In this document: one piece after another, positions 9,309 through 19,129 of the stretch
How positions within the stretch are numbered: the first letter of the stretch is position 1
Layout of the letters: every line of letters begins with the position of its first letter
NCBI GenBank assembly: GCA_009379955.1
Contig: WHST01000001.1
Span: 25,700 to 89,699, forward strand
Reading direction: 5' to 3'
Origin: Streptosporangiales bacterium
GTDB taxonomy: Bacteria; Actinomycetota; Actinomycetes; Streptosporangiales; WHST01
Length of the DNA stretch: 64,000 nt
The notes under the pieces: generated by a model
Seen by the model: the letters and a program-made list of their open reading frames with translations, nothing else
Databases searched by the model: none
Told to the model about the DNA's origin: nothing
Program-made: the position numbers and the translations under genes

Positions 9309-10436
9309 GTGCGGATGGCGGTGCCGAAGGAGACGAGCCCCGGCGAGCGGCGCGTCGCCATCGTGCCCGCGGTGCTCCCGCGGCTGCTCGAGGCGGGGCT
9401 CGACGTCGTCGTCGAGCCCGGTGCGGGTCAGGCGGCCGGTCACTCCGACGACGACTACCGCGCCGCGGGTGCGACGGTGGCCGGCGACGCTCTCGACGGT
9501 GCGGAGCTGCTGGTCTGCGTGCAACCGCCCGCGCAGGCGCAGGTCACGCGACTCACCGCGTCGGCCGTCACCGTGTCGTTCCTGCCGATCGCGCAGCAGG
9601 TCGACCTGATCCGCGTCCTCGGCGAGAGCGGACGCACGGCCGTCGCCATGGAGCTGGTGCCGCGGATCTCGCGCGCCCAGTCCATGGACGCACTGTCCTC
9701 GCAGGCGGTCGTGGCGGGCTACCGGGCCGCGGTGGTCGCGGCGGAGCGACTGCCCAGGTTCTACCCCCTCTTCATGACCGCCGCGGGCACCGTGCCGCCC
9801 GCCCGCGTGCTCGTCCTCGGCGCCGGCGTGGCAGGCCTCCAGGCGATCGCCACGTCCCGCCGCCTGGGTGCGATGGTGCGGGCGTACGACGTGCGCACCG
9901 CGGCCGCGGAGGAGGTCAGGAGCGTGGGGGCGGAGTTCGTCGAGCTCGACCTGCCCGCTCTCGACGGCGCGGGTGGTTACGCCAGGGAGATGACCGAGGA
10001 ACGCTCACGCCTGCAGCGCGAGCTGCTCGCCCCGCACGTCTCGGAGTCCGACGTCGTCATCGCGACCGCCGCGGTGCCCGGCCGACCGGCGCCGCTGCTC
10101 GTCCTGCGGGACGCCGTCGAGGCGATGCGACCGGGCTCCGTCGTCGTCGACCTCGCCGCGGAGCAGGGCGGCAACGTCGAGGGCTCGCGGCCGGGCGAGG
10201 AGATCACGGTCGGCGCCGCGGTGGTGTGGGGCGGCCACAACGTGCCGAGCCAGCTGCCGGCGCAGGCGAGCCAGCTGTACGCGACCAACGTCGTCAACCT
10301 GCTCGCGCTGATGGTCGCTGACGGCGCGCTGGCGATCGACCTCGCGGACGCGATCCTCGACGCCTGCTGCGTGACGCACGCCGGCGAGGTCCGCCACGAG
10401 CAGACGAGGGCACTGCTCGCCGAGGAGGTCTCGTAA
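9309..10436 (+). CDS. pntAA: NAD(P) transhydrogenase subunit alpha, part 1
   Basis: Alanine-dehydrogenase/PNT fold with the GAGVAGLQAIATSRRLGA Rossmann motif. GTG 9309 or ATG 9315 are both possible starts. Confidence 0.9.
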   Translation: MRMAVPKETSPGERRVAIVPAVLPRLLEAGLDVVVEPGAGQAAGHSDDDYRAAGATVAGDALDGAELLVCVQPPAQAQVTRLTASAVTVSFLPIAQQVDLIRVLGESGRTAVAMELVPRISRAQSMDALSSQAVVAGYRAAVVAAERLPRFYPLFMTAAGTVPPARVLVLGAGVAGLQAIATSRRLGAMVRAYDVRTAAAEEVRSVGAEFVELDLPALDGAGGYAREMTEERSRLQRELLAPHVSESDVVIATAAVPGRPAPLLVLRDAVEAMRPGSVVVDLAAEQGGNVEGSRPGEEITVGAAVVWGGHNVPSQLPAQASQLYATNVVNLLALMVADGALAIDLADAILDACCVTHAGEVRHEQTRALLAEEVS

Positions 10437-10732
10437 TGGATGGCGTCGCGCTGCTGACCGTCTTCGTGCTCGCGGTGTTCGTGGGCTACGAGGTCATCTC
10501 CAAGGTGTCGTCGACCCTGCACACACCACTGATGTCCGGCTCCAACGCGATCAGCGGCATCGTCCTCGTCGGCACCATCGCCATCGCCGCCCGGGTCGAG
10601 TCGACGCTCGGGTTCGCGGTGGCCCTCGTCGCGGTCGCGCTCGGCGCCGTCAACCTGGTGGGCGGGTTCGTCGTGACCGACCGGATGCTCCGGATGTTCC
10701 GCGGCAGCCGCGGCAAGGAGCCGCGCGAATGA
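10436..10732 (+). CDS. pntAB: NAD(P) transhydrogenase subunit alpha, part 2 (membrane)
   Basis: 98 aa three-TM protein with the HTPLMSGSNAISG motif. TAATG overlap with pntAA. Confidence 0.9.
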   Translation: MDGVALLTVFVLAVFVGYEVISKVSSTLHTPLMSGSNAISGIVLVGTIAIAARVESTLGFAVALVAVALGAVNLVGGFVVTDRMLRMFRGSRGKEPRE

Positions 10733-12099
10733 CGGGCACCTGGGCGTCCCTCGCCTACCTGCTCGCGGCGGTCTGCTTCGTCGTCGCGCTGAAGGGCCTG
10801 TCCTCGCCGAAGGGTGCGCGGCTGGGCAACCTCATCGGTGCGCTGGGCGCGCTGGTGTCGGTCGTGGTCGTCTTCCTCGTCGAACGCCCGGAGCGGCTGG
10901 TGGCGGTCCTGGCGGCGCTCGTCGTCGGCGGCGCGGTCGGCACGGTGGCGGCACGGCGGGTCGGCATGACGGCCATGCCCCAGATGGTCGCGCTCTTCAA
11001 CGGCGTCGGAGGAGCGGCCGGCGCGCTCGTCGCCCTCCTCGACTTCGCGACACCGACCGACCCCGACGTGCCGCACCTGACGGTCACCGCGTTCACCGTG
11101 TTCATCGGCTCGGTGACGTTCTCCGGCTCCGTCCTCACGTTCGCCAAGCTGCAGGAGCTGATGACCGGCCGGCCGGTGGTGTTCCCGGGTGGTCGCTGGG
11201 TCTTCCTCGCCGCCGTGCTCGCGTCCGTCGCCGCCGCGGTCTGGATCGCGCTCGGCGGACCGCTCGGCGTCGCGGTCGCGCTCGCGGTGCTGAGCCTGGC
11301 GCTCGGCGTGCTCCTGGTGCTGCCGGTCGGCGGCGCCGACGTCCCGATCGTGATCGCGCTGCTCAACGCCTTCAGCGGCATCACGGTGGCCGCGAGCGGC
11401 TACGTCCTCGGCAACGTCCTGCTCATCATCGCCGGCACCCTGGTCGGCGCGTCGGGCGTGCTGCTCAGCCAGCTGATGGCCAGGGCGATGGGACGGTCGC
11501 TGGTCAACATCATGTTCGGCGCGTTCGGCGGCGGCTCCACGCTGGGCGACACCACTGCCACGGACCGGCCGGTGCGGTCGGTGGGCCCGCAGGACGTCGC
11601 AATCCTGCTGGCGTACGCGCGCAAGGTCATCGTCGCACCCGGGTACGGCCTGGCGGTGGCGCAGGCCCAGCACGCGCTCAGCGATCTCGCCGACGAGCTC
11701 GGCCGCCGCGGCATCGAGGTCGTGTACGCGATCCATCCGGTCGCCGGCCGGATGCCCGGGCACATGAACGTCCTCCTCGCGGAGGCCGACGTGCCCTACG
11801 CGAAGCTGAAGGAGATGGAGATCGTCAACCCGGAGTTCAGGACCGCGGACGTCGCGCTGGTCGTCGGTGCCAACGACGTCGTGAACCCGGCGGCACGATC
11901 GGCACCCGGCTCGCCGATCTACGGCATGCCGATACTCGCGGCGGACGACGCCAGGGCGATCGTGTTCCTCAAGCGGTCGCTGCGCCCCGGCTTCGCCGGC
12001 ATCGACAACGAGTTGCTCCACGACCCGAAGACCACTCTGTTGTTCGGCGACGCGAAGGACTCCCTGGCCAGCCTGGTGGCGGCGGTCAAGGCGCTCTGA
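10729..12099 (+). CDS. pntB: NAD(P) transhydrogenase subunit beta
   Basis: 456 aa with an N-terminal membrane domain and a C-terminal dIII domain (IHPVAGRMPGHMNVLLAEA..VVGANDVVNP). ATGA overlap with pntAB. Confidence 0.92.
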   Translation: MTGTWASLAYLLAAVCFVVALKGLSSPKGARLGNLIGALGALVSVVVVFLVERPERLVAVLAALVVGGAVGTVAARRVGMTAMPQMVALFNGVGGAAGALVALLDFATPTDPDVPHLTVTAFTVFIGSVTFSGSVLTFAKLQELMTGRPVVFPGGRWVFLAAVLASVAAAVWIALGGPLGVAVALAVLSLALGVLLVLPVGGADVPIVIALLNAFSGITVAASGYVLGNVLLIIAGTLVGASGVLLSQLMARAMGRSLVNIMFGAFGGGSTLGDTTATDRPVRSVGPQDVAILLAYARKVIVAPGYGLAVAQAQHALSDLADELGRRGIEVVYAIHPVAGRMPGHMNVLLAEADVPYAKLKEMEIVNPEFRTADVALVVGANDVVNPAARSAPGSPIYGMPILAADDARAIVFLKRSLRPGFAGIDNELLHDPKTTLLFGDAKDSLASLVAAVKAL

Positions 12100-13504
12100 C
12101 CGGCGTCGTGAGGGCGACGACCTCGCGCACGGACGGCGCCTCGGCCAGACCGAGCACGGCGTCGAGCAGCGTCTTCGACTGCGCGTCGCTGAGCACCCGA
12201 CCGGCACCGAGGAAGAACTTGGCGCCGAGCTCGTCGTCGGACAGCGGGCGCTGCGGGCCACCGCGGTTGACGTCGACGCGGTGCTCCAGGGTGCGTCCGT
12301 CGCGGGTTCGTACCCGTAGGACGGCAGGGAACTGGTGGGGGAAGATCTGGTCGCACCGCTCGTCGGGGACGCAGCGGACCTTCGCGGCCAGCTCACGTCG
12401 ACGCGGATCGCTCGCCGCGGCATCGGTGAAGTCGTCGATCCACACGCCGAGACCGCCACCGCCGTCGAGCGCGGCGGCCACCGTGTACGGCCCGGAGAAC
12501 GCGGCGGCGTAGCCGGTCGGGGGTGCCGCCTTGACCTCGGGGGGTTGCGCGATCGTGCGGAGCACCGAGGTGGGCGCACCGAGCTCGATGTCGGTGATGT
12601 CGGCGGGTTCGAGGCCCTCGTCTCGCAGCCGCAGCGCCGCGTCGATGCCGGCGTGGGTGAAGTGGTTGCACGGGTACGGCTTGAAGAAGATGCCGGGGAG
12701 CTCCCAGGAGGTACCCAGATCGCGGACCACGACCTGAGGATCGGCCGCGTCTCCGCACCAGGCCTGGAAGAACCCGAACCGTCCCTCGAGGACGGTCGGC
12801 GGCCCGGTCAGGCCGGCTCGGGCGAGATCGGTGGCGGCGACCGCGGCATGGGCGGCCCAGCCACAGTGCGCGCGCTTGACGGTGCCGCCCGTGCGGTTCG
12901 CCTCCAGCAGGCCCGAGCCCATGCTCGCGGCGACTCCCATCGCCGAGGCGATGCCGTCGGCGTCGAGCCCGGTGAGCATCGCCGCGGCGGCGGCACCCGC
13001 GACCGCTCCGCAGATCGCCGTCGCGTGCTGACCGCGTTCGAAGAAGATCGAGTTGCCGAGCTCCTCGTCGTAGCCGGCCATCCCGAGCCGGACGCAGATC
13101 TCGTCCCCGACGGCGACGGCGGCCAGCAGGTCCGCGCCGCTCGCTCCCACCTCCTCGGCGACGGCGAGCGCGGCGGGAATCACCGACGAACTCGGATGCA
13201 GCACGGACGGAAGGTGCGTGTCGTCGAAATCGAACGAGTGCGCAAGCGTGCCGTTGACCAGGGCGGCACTCGGTCCGGGGTACCGGCGCCGGCTGCCGAG
13301 GACACCGGCGACCTCGTTGCCGCCCCACCGGTCGGCGACCGCGGTCGCGATCCGTCCGATCTCGTCGTCGCTCGCGAGTAGGCAGTTGCCGGTCATGTCC
13401 AGTACGCGCCGGGCGGCGTCGCGTTGCAGTGCAGGGTCGAGCCCACCGTCGCGTACGGACACCGCGAAGCGCGCGACCTCGCCGACCAGTCCGGTCACCG
13501 GCAC
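12086..13504 (-). CDS. MmgE/PrpD family protein (paralogue 1)
   Basis: 472 aa. Motifs NGTLAHSFDFDDTH and GFFFKPYPCNHFTHAGIDAAL are typical of the 2-methylcitrate dehydratase-like family. The GTG start lies 1 nt after the cyclase stop. Confidence 0.85.
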   Translation of the reverse strand: MPVTGLVGEVARFAVSVRDGGLDPALQRDAARRVLDMTGNCLLASDDEIGRIATAVADRWGGNEVAGVLGSRRRYPGPSAALVNGTLAHSFDFDDTHLPSVLHPSSSVIPAALAVAEEVGASGADLLAAVAVGDEICVRLGMAGYDEELGNSIFFERGQHATAICGAVAGAAAAAMLTGLDADGIASAMGVAASMGSGLLEANRTGGTVKRAHCGWAAHAAVAATDLARAGLTGPPTVLEGRFGFFQAWCGDAADPQVVVRDLGTSWELPGIFFKPYPCNHFTHAGIDAALRLRDEGLEPADITDIELGAPTSVLRTIAQPPEVKAAPPTGYAAAFSGPYTVAAALDGGGGLGVWIDDFTDAAASDPRRRELAAKVRCVPDERCDQIFPHQFPAVLRVRTRDGRTLEHRVDVNRGGPQRPLSDDELGAKFFLGAGRVLSDAQSKTLLDAVLGLAEAPSVREVVALTTPVRAP

Positions 13505-13505
13505 A

Positions 13506-14342
13506 TCACCCTTTCTGTGGAACGGAGGAGACCGACGCGACGAGGGCCAACGGGCGGACCGGTGAGCCGGTGCCGCCGACGATCTTCAGCGGCGCGAGCA
13601 CGAACCCGAACTCCGCTACCCGGTCCCTCGCCAGGCCCTCGAGATCGAGGTGCTCGATGATGTGCACGCCGTGCTCGACGAGCAGCAGCCGATGCACGGG
13701 CAACGAGCGGTGGCCGGCACCGGCAGGGATCCGTTCGTAGGCGGTCGTGTCGGCGCCGGTGGCGCGGACACCACGGTCCGCGAGCCACGACGCGGCGTCC
13801 TCGGTGACGCCGGGGACGCCCGTCTCCTGCCCGAGGTAGGTGGTGGGATCCGTCCAGTGCCGTGCCCAGCCGGTCCTGACGAGCACGACGTCGCCCCGGG
13901 ACGGTTCGACACCGGCGTCGCGCGCCGCGCTCCGCAGGTCGTCGGCGTCGACGCCCCGGCCGCCGGCCAGGGTGTCGAGGCCGTGCAGCCGGGCGACGTC
14001 GAGCAGGATCCCCCGGCACACCATCGGCGCGATCTCGTCGGCGCCCAGCCTCGACATCCGGCCGCCGACCTGGTTCTCTGCCGCGGACAGGCCACCGTGG
14101 AGGAGTCCCTCGAAGGACACGTGGGCGAGGGCGTCGACATGGGTGCCGACGTGGCCGCCGGTGACGATCAGCTCGTTGGCCGCCGAGCTCCCGTCGGCTC
14201 GCACCATGTCACCGTGGCGGCGCAGCAGCGCCAGCCGAAAGCCCGGGTGGTTCGGAGAGCACGGCATCCCCGATTCGAACGGCTGCGCCAGGTCGTACAC
14301 GGTGACGCCACGGGCGATGGCCTCGAGCAGAGTGTCGCTCAT
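13506..14342 (-). CDS. Cyclase / kynurenine-formamidase-like metal-dependent hydrolase
   Basis: 278 aa with the motif GGHVGTHVDALAHV. ATG 14342 overlaps the CoA-transferase stop (ATGA). The 698-aa ORF-track entry is an upstream run-on. Confidence 0.8.
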   Translation of the reverse strand: MSDTLLEAIARGVTVYDLAQPFESGMPCSPNHPGFRLALLRRHGDMVRADGSSAANELIVTGGHVGTHVDALAHVSFEGLLHGGLSAAENQVGGRMSRLGADEIAPMVCRGILLDVARLHGLDTLAGGRGVDADDLRSAARDAGVEPSRGDVVLVRTGWARHWTDPTTYLGQETGVPGVTEDAASWLADRGVRATGADTTAYERIPAGAGHRSLPVHRLLLVEHGVHIIEHLDLEGLARDRVAEFGFVLAPLKIVGGTGSPVRPLALVASVSSVPQKG

Positions 14343-15532
14343 GTGACGCCCGTGTCGCGGAGCTGCGTCAGGTCCTCCGCGGTCAGCCCGAGGGCGCCGT
14401 ACACCTCGGCGTTGTGCTCGCCGAGGCGTGGGCCCGCCCACCGGACGGCGCCCGGGGTCTCGGAGAGGCGGAACGGGACGTTCTGCATCCTGAGCGGCCC
14501 GAGGTCGGGGTCGTCGAGGGTGACCAGGGAGCCGAGCGCGGCGAACTGCGGGTCGTCGAGCACGTCTGCGGCGTCGTAGATCGGCGCGACGGCGGCGTGG
14601 GCACGCTCGAACTCCTCGATCACCTCGGCCCTCGTGCGTCGTGCGATCCAGTCGCCGACGGCCGCGTCGAGCTCGTCCGCGTGCGCGGCCCGCCCGCTCC
14701 CGGCGGCGAACCAGGGCTCGTCGACGACGTCGGGACGACCGACGAGGCGCATCACCCGCTCGGCGACGTTCTGCGCGCTCGTCGAGACCGCCACCCATCG
14801 CTCGTCCTTGGTGCGGTAGGTGTTGCGAGGCGCGTTGTTGGACGACCGGTTGCCGGTGCGCTGCTGGAGCACGCCGAGCTGGTCGTAGACGGTCGGCTGC
14901 GGGCCGAGCACGGTGAGGATCGGCTCGATGATCGCCAGGTCGACCACCTGCCCGCGGCCGGTCAGGTCGCGTGCGCGCAGGGCCGTGAGCACGGCGAACG
15001 CCGTCATCATCGCGGCGATCCCGTCCGCGAGGCCGAACGGCGGCAGCACCGGAGGGCCGTCGGGCTCTCCGGTGATGGCGGCGAACCCGCTCATCGCCTC
15101 GGCGAGCGTGCCGAAGCCCGGCCGATTGGCGTACGGGCCGAACTGCCCGAAGCCGGTGACCCGCGCGAGCACCAGGCCCGGGTTGTCGCGAGAGAGCACG
15201 TCGTAGCCAAGACCCCAGCGCTCCAGGGTGCCCGGCCGGAAGTTCTCGACGACGACGTCGGCATCCGCGGTGAGCCGTCGGAAGAGGTCCTGTCCCTCCG
15301 GTGTGCCGAGGTGCAGGGTGACGGCGCGCTTGTTGCGCGCGAGGAGCTTCCACCAGAGCCCGATGCCGTTCCTGCTCGCACCGTGGTGACGCACCGGATC
15401 GCCCTGCGGATGCTCGACCTTGACGACATCGGCGCCGACGTCGGCGAGCATCGTCGCGGCCATGGGGCCGGCGAACAGCGTCGCCACGTCGACGACCTTG
15501 AGGCCCGCGAGAGGTGTCGGTGCCGGTGTCAC
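14339..15532 (-). CDS. Family III CoA-transferase (CaiB/BaiF type)
   Basis: N-terminus LAGLKVVDVATLFAGPMAATMLADVGADVVKVE. GTG 15532 overlaps the iclR stop (GTGA). The ORF-track start at 15646 would overlap iclR by 118 nt. Confidence 0.85.
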   Translation of the reverse strand: MTPAPTPLAGLKVVDVATLFAGPMAATMLADVGADVVKVEHPQGDPVRHHGASRNGIGLWWKLLARNKRAVTLHLGTPEGQDLFRRLTADADVVVENFRPGTLERWGLGYDVLSRDNPGLVLARVTGFGQFGPYANRPGFGTLAEAMSGFAAITGEPDGPPVLPPFGLADGIAAMMTAFAVLTALRARDLTGRGQVVDLAIIEPILTVLGPQPTVYDQLGVLQQRTGNRSSNNAPRNTYRTKDERWVAVSTSAQNVAERVMRLVGRPDVVDEPWFAAGSGRAAHADELDAAVGDWIARRTRAEVIEEFERAHAAVAPIYDAADVLDDPQFAALGSLVTLDDPDLGPLRMQNVPFRLSETPGAVRWAGPRLGEHNAEVYGALGLTAEDLTQLRDTGVT

Positions 15533-16338
15533 GACGACACCGGGCCGGTCCAGCCGAGTGCCTTCGAGACCTCTTCTGCCGCCTTGCGGACCTTCGGAGC
15601 ATGCTCCTCGATCGCCTGGGCGTCGAACCGCTCGGTCGGTCCGCACACGCTCACGGCGCCGAGTACGTCGCCGTCCATGCCGAACACCGGAGCCGCCACC
15701 GAGCCGACCCCGCGCTGACGTTCGCCGATGGACCCGGCGTAACCGGCCTTCGCGATCTCTTCGAGCTCGGCGCGGAGGGCGCCGGGGTCCGTCACGGTCT
15801 TCGGCGTGACGTGTTCGAGGCTCCCCGCGAGGATGCGCTCGCGGGTCTCGGCGGGGAGGAACGCCAGGATCACCTTGCCGCTGCCACCGGCGTGCAGCTG
15901 GTGCGGGCGGCCGAGCTCGAGAACGACCTTGACCTCCTGGGGACCCTCGAACTGGTCGAGATACACGCGGGCGGTCCCGAGGAGCTCGGACAGGGAGGTG
16001 GTCTCCTGCGTCTCCTCGCGCAACCGGCGCAGCACCGGACGCGCGGCCCGCCGCAGATCGAGATCGCGCATGGCTCGGGCTCCGAGGGCCACGGCGGCCC
16101 GACCCAGCTGGTACCCGTGGCCGTCGGGGTGGAGCTCGACGACCTGTCGTGAGGCCAGGGACTGGAGGATCCGGTGGACGACCGCCTTGGACAGGCCGAG
16201 CTCACGTGCGATCGCGCTGACTCCCAGGGACGCAGGTCCCCTGGTGAAGAGCAGCAACACGTCGGCGACCCGGGCCGCTGCCTCGGTACCGCTCGACCTG
16301 TGCGTTTCCTCTAGCGGAACGATTGGTCGACGTGCCAT
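15529..16338 (-). CDS. IclR-family transcriptional regulator
   Basis: wHTH (LGVSAIARELGLSKAVVHRILQSL) plus an IclR effector domain. First gene of the minus-strand four-gene unit and divergent from the plus-strand operon. Confidence 0.9.
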   Translation of the reverse strand: MARRPIVPLEETHRSSGTEAAARVADVLLLFTRGPASLGVSAIARELGLSKAVVHRILQSLASRQVVELHPDGHGYQLGRAAVALGARAMRDLDLRRAARPVLRRLREETQETTSLSELLGTARVYLDQFEGPQEVKVVLELGRPHQLHAGGSGKVILAFLPAETRERILAGSLEHVTPKTVTDPGALRAELEEIAKAGYAGSIGERQRGVGSVAAPVFGMDGDVLGAVSVCGPTERFDAQAIEEHAPKVRKAAEEVSKALGWTGPVSS

Positions 16339-16522
16339 CCAAGTCCCATTCAGTCCATAGCGGGGAATCCCCTAGATACTAACGGAATCCTTGACCGTCG
16401 ACGCAAGGCCGTGTTTACATCATCCTCGGCGAGTGTTCCGCTGACAGGATCAACCAGTCCTGCGAGGAACCCGCACCACCGGGGGAGGACCTCGACTCCT
16501 CGACGGCGCGGTTAGGGGAAGC

Positions 16523-17953
16523 ATGACGACGCGAGAACGGGGGCCGGCGCGGCCGGGAGGCGGAGACGATCCTCCCGCTGACGCCCGGTACGCCCCGGTC
16601 GTCGCCGACTTCGCGTCAGCACTCGACTTCGACGACATCCCTTCCGACGTCGTCGACAGGGCCGTGATCGACATCATGGACGCGCTCGGGTGCGCGATGT
16701 TCGGGCAGAACCTCACGATCGCCCGACAGCTGGAACGCGCTCTGCTCGAGCCGGCGGGCGCGGGACCCGCGACGATCTGGGGCAGCGACAGGACGGCCGC
16801 ACCGGAGACCGCGAGCCTCGTCAACGGAACGCTCGTCCACTCCTTCGAGCTCGACGACCTGCATCACACTGCGATCCTGCATCCCGGTGGCGTGGCGCTG
16901 TCCGCCGCCCTGGCGCTCGGTGAGTCGGTGGGTGTGTCGGGAAGAGACCTCCTCACGGCGCAGGTGGTCGGGATCGAGGTCAGCAGTCGCGTCGGACTCG
17001 CGGTCGGGCCCTCCATGCTCGGCAGGGGCTGGCACAACAACGGCGTGCTCGGCGTCTTCGCGTCCGCGTCCGCCGCGAGTCGCGTCCTCCGGCTCGATCC
17101 CGCGGCGACGAGAAACGCCCTCGGGGTGGCCGGCAGTCTCGCCGCGGGACTCATGGCGTCGCAGTACGGCTCGATGGTGAAGCGCATGCACGCCGGGCAC
17201 GCCGCACAGACCGGTGTGCGATCAGCCGTCCTGGCGCGTGAGGGGTTCACCGGCATCGACGACATCTTCGCCGAGGGCTACGGGAACTTCCTGCCCGCCT
17301 TCGCCGACAGCTGGGACCGCGGCGAGCTGACCTCGGAGCTGGGGCGACGCTGGGAGACGTCGAACGTCGGCTTCAAGCGCTTCTCGTGCTGCGGGAGCAA
17401 CCACAGCACGATCGACGTGCTCCTCGACCTGCGCGCGCGACACTCCTTCGTGGGTTCCGATGTGGACGAGATCGCCATCACGTGCTCGTCGTCGAATCGA
17501 GAGCATGTCGGTTGGCCGTACCGACCCGACACGGTCACGACGGCCCAGATGAACCTCGCCTACTGCGCGGCGGTGACGCTGATCGACGGCGAGTGCTTCG
17601 TGGAGCAGTTCGTCGAGGAACGCCTCGACGACCCGGCGGTGCTGGCGCTCGTCGACAGGGTACGCATCACGGCGGATCCGGCCATCGACGCACGGGGGAG
17701 GGCAGGTCGCCACGAGGTGACCGTCGACGTGCGGCTCCGTGACGGACGGAGGCTGCGCGGTGCCGCCACGTCCCCCCGCGGCAGCGCGTCCGCACCGCTG
17801 ACCCAGGACGAGCTGATTGCCAAGTTCGTCCGGCTCGCATCCACCCGCATGGACCGTGGACGTGTCGACGTCCTCGTCTCCACCGTGCAGTCCCTGCCAG
17901 ACGTGTCCGATGTGCGCGACATGACGAAGAAGCTCTCCCTGAGAGGAGCTTGA
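16523..17953 (+). CDS. MmgE/PrpD family protein (paralogue 2)
   Basis: 476 aa with motifs NGTLVHSFELDDLH and VGFKRFSCCGSNHSTIDVLL. Confidence 0.85.
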   Translation: MTTRERGPARPGGGDDPPADARYAPVVADFASALDFDDIPSDVVDRAVIDIMDALGCAMFGQNLTIARQLERALLEPAGAGPATIWGSDRTAAPETASLVNGTLVHSFELDDLHHTAILHPGGVALSAALALGESVGVSGRDLLTAQVVGIEVSSRVGLAVGPSMLGRGWHNNGVLGVFASASAASRVLRLDPAATRNALGVAGSLAAGLMASQYGSMVKRMHAGHAAQTGVRSAVLAREGFTGIDDIFAEGYGNFLPAFADSWDRGELTSELGRRWETSNVGFKRFSCCGSNHSTIDVLLDLRARHSFVGSDVDEIAITCSSSNREHVGWPYRPDTVTTAQMNLAYCAAVTLIDGECFVEQFVEERLDDPAVLALVDRVRITADPAIDARGRAGRHEVTVDVRLRDGRRLRGAATSPRGSASAPLTQDELIAKFVRLASTRMDRGRVDVLVSTVQSLPDVSDVRDMTKKLSLRGA

Positions 17954-17956
17954 CCA

Positions 17957-19084
17957 GTGCCACAGAACAAGCAGGCCACCGTCCGGCGCAGCTCATACGC
18001 ACGGACGGCTGCCGTCGGGCTGACCGCCGTTCTCCTCGCGGCCGGCTGTTCGAACCCGGGTGGAGGTGGCGGCAGTGGCACCGAGGAGATGCCGAAGAGC
18101 ATCAAGCTCGTCGTCCCGTACACCCAGGGCGGCGGCACCGACACCTGGGCGCGCGTGCTCGCACCCGAGCTGAAGCGGAACCTCGAAGGACAGCCGACCG
18201 TACAGATCGAGAACCTCCCAGGTGGTGAGGGAATCGCGGCCAACAACCGCTTCTACGATGTCGATCCGCCGGACGGCTCGAGGCTGCTGGTGGGCACCGG
18301 AACGTCGTACATCCCGCCACTCCTCGGGGTGTCGGAGGCGAAGTGCGACTTCAGCAAGCTGACGCCCCTGATCACCAACGGCACCGGGAGCGTGCTCTAC
18401 GCCACCAAGGACAGCGGCGTGAAGAAGGCCGAGGATCTCGCCAAGCCGGCCACGCAGCTCAAGTACGGCGGCATCAGCGCGACCGGCTCCGACCTCGGTG
18501 CGCTCATCGCGTTCGACCTGCTGAAGCTCGACGTGAAGACGACGTTCGGCTTCGAGGGTCGTGGCCCGATCGGGCTGGCGCTGCAACGTGGCGAGCTGAA
18601 CATCGACAGGCAGACGACGTCCGCGTTCAACGCCGAGGTGAAGCCCCAGGTCGAGTCCGGTGACGTGACCCCGCTGATGACCTATGGCGTCCTCGACGAC
18701 GACGGCGCCATCGTCAGGGACCCCAACTTCAAGGATCTGCCCACGGTTCCCGAGGTCTACAAGACCCTGTACGGGAAGGAGCCGAGTGGCCCCGCCTACG
18801 CGGCCTACCGCACGTTCGCCGTCGGTATGTACTCGTTCGAGAAGGCGGTGTGGGCGAAGCCGGGAACACCCAAGGCCGTCATCGACGCGTTCAACGCCAC
18901 CGTGCCCAAGCTGCGATCCGACAAGCGATTCACCGAGCTCCGGACGAAGGCCCTCGGGAACTATCAGCTGTCCTCCGGAGCGGAGAGCCAGAAACAGATC
19001 GACGAGGTCTTCGACGTCAAGCCCGAGACGCGCACCTACATCCTCGACCTGCTGAAGGACAAGTACGACACGACCGTCGAGTAG
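17957..19084 (+). CDS. Tripartite tricarboxylate transporter substrate-binding lipoprotein (TctC/Bug family)
   Basis: Lipobox LLAAGCS followed by IKLVVPYTQGGGTDTWARVLAPEL, typical of TctC/Bug proteins. GTG start with GAGAGGAG upstream. Confidence 0.85.
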   Translation: MPQNKQATVRRSSYARTAAVGLTAVLLAAGCSNPGGGGGSGTEEMPKSIKLVVPYTQGGGTDTWARVLAPELKRNLEGQPTVQIENLPGGEGIAANNRFYDVDPPDGSRLLVGTGTSYIPPLLGVSEAKCDFSKLTPLITNGTGSVLYATKDSGVKKAEDLAKPATQLKYGGISATGSDLGALIAFDLLKLDVKTTFGFEGRGPIGLALQRGELNIDRQTTSAFNAEVKPQVESGDVTPLMTYGVLDDDGAIVRDPNFKDLPTVPEVYKTLYGKEPSGPAYAAYRTFAVGMYSFEKAVWAKPGTPKAVIDAFNATVPKLRSDKRFTELRTKALGNYQLSSGAESQKQIDEVFDVKPETRTYILDLLKDKYDTTVE

Positions 19085-19129
19085 GCGATCGGTGGACTCC
19101 GGTGACGCGGGTGAGAGGAAGGAACGCCG

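Noticed and set aside
13506-15602. ORF-track entries suggesting much longer proteins. Examples: 698 aa at 13506-15602, 714 aa at 31570-33714, 739 aa at 35211-37430, 790 aa at 61483-63855, 756 aa at 20245-22515, 532 aa at 27512-29110.
   Set aside because: The N-terminal parts run through the upstream gene in another frame and are Arg-rich nonsense. Recognisable domains begin at internal ATG or GTG codons that overlap the upstream stop (ATGA/GTGA) or follow a Shine-Dalgarno sequence.
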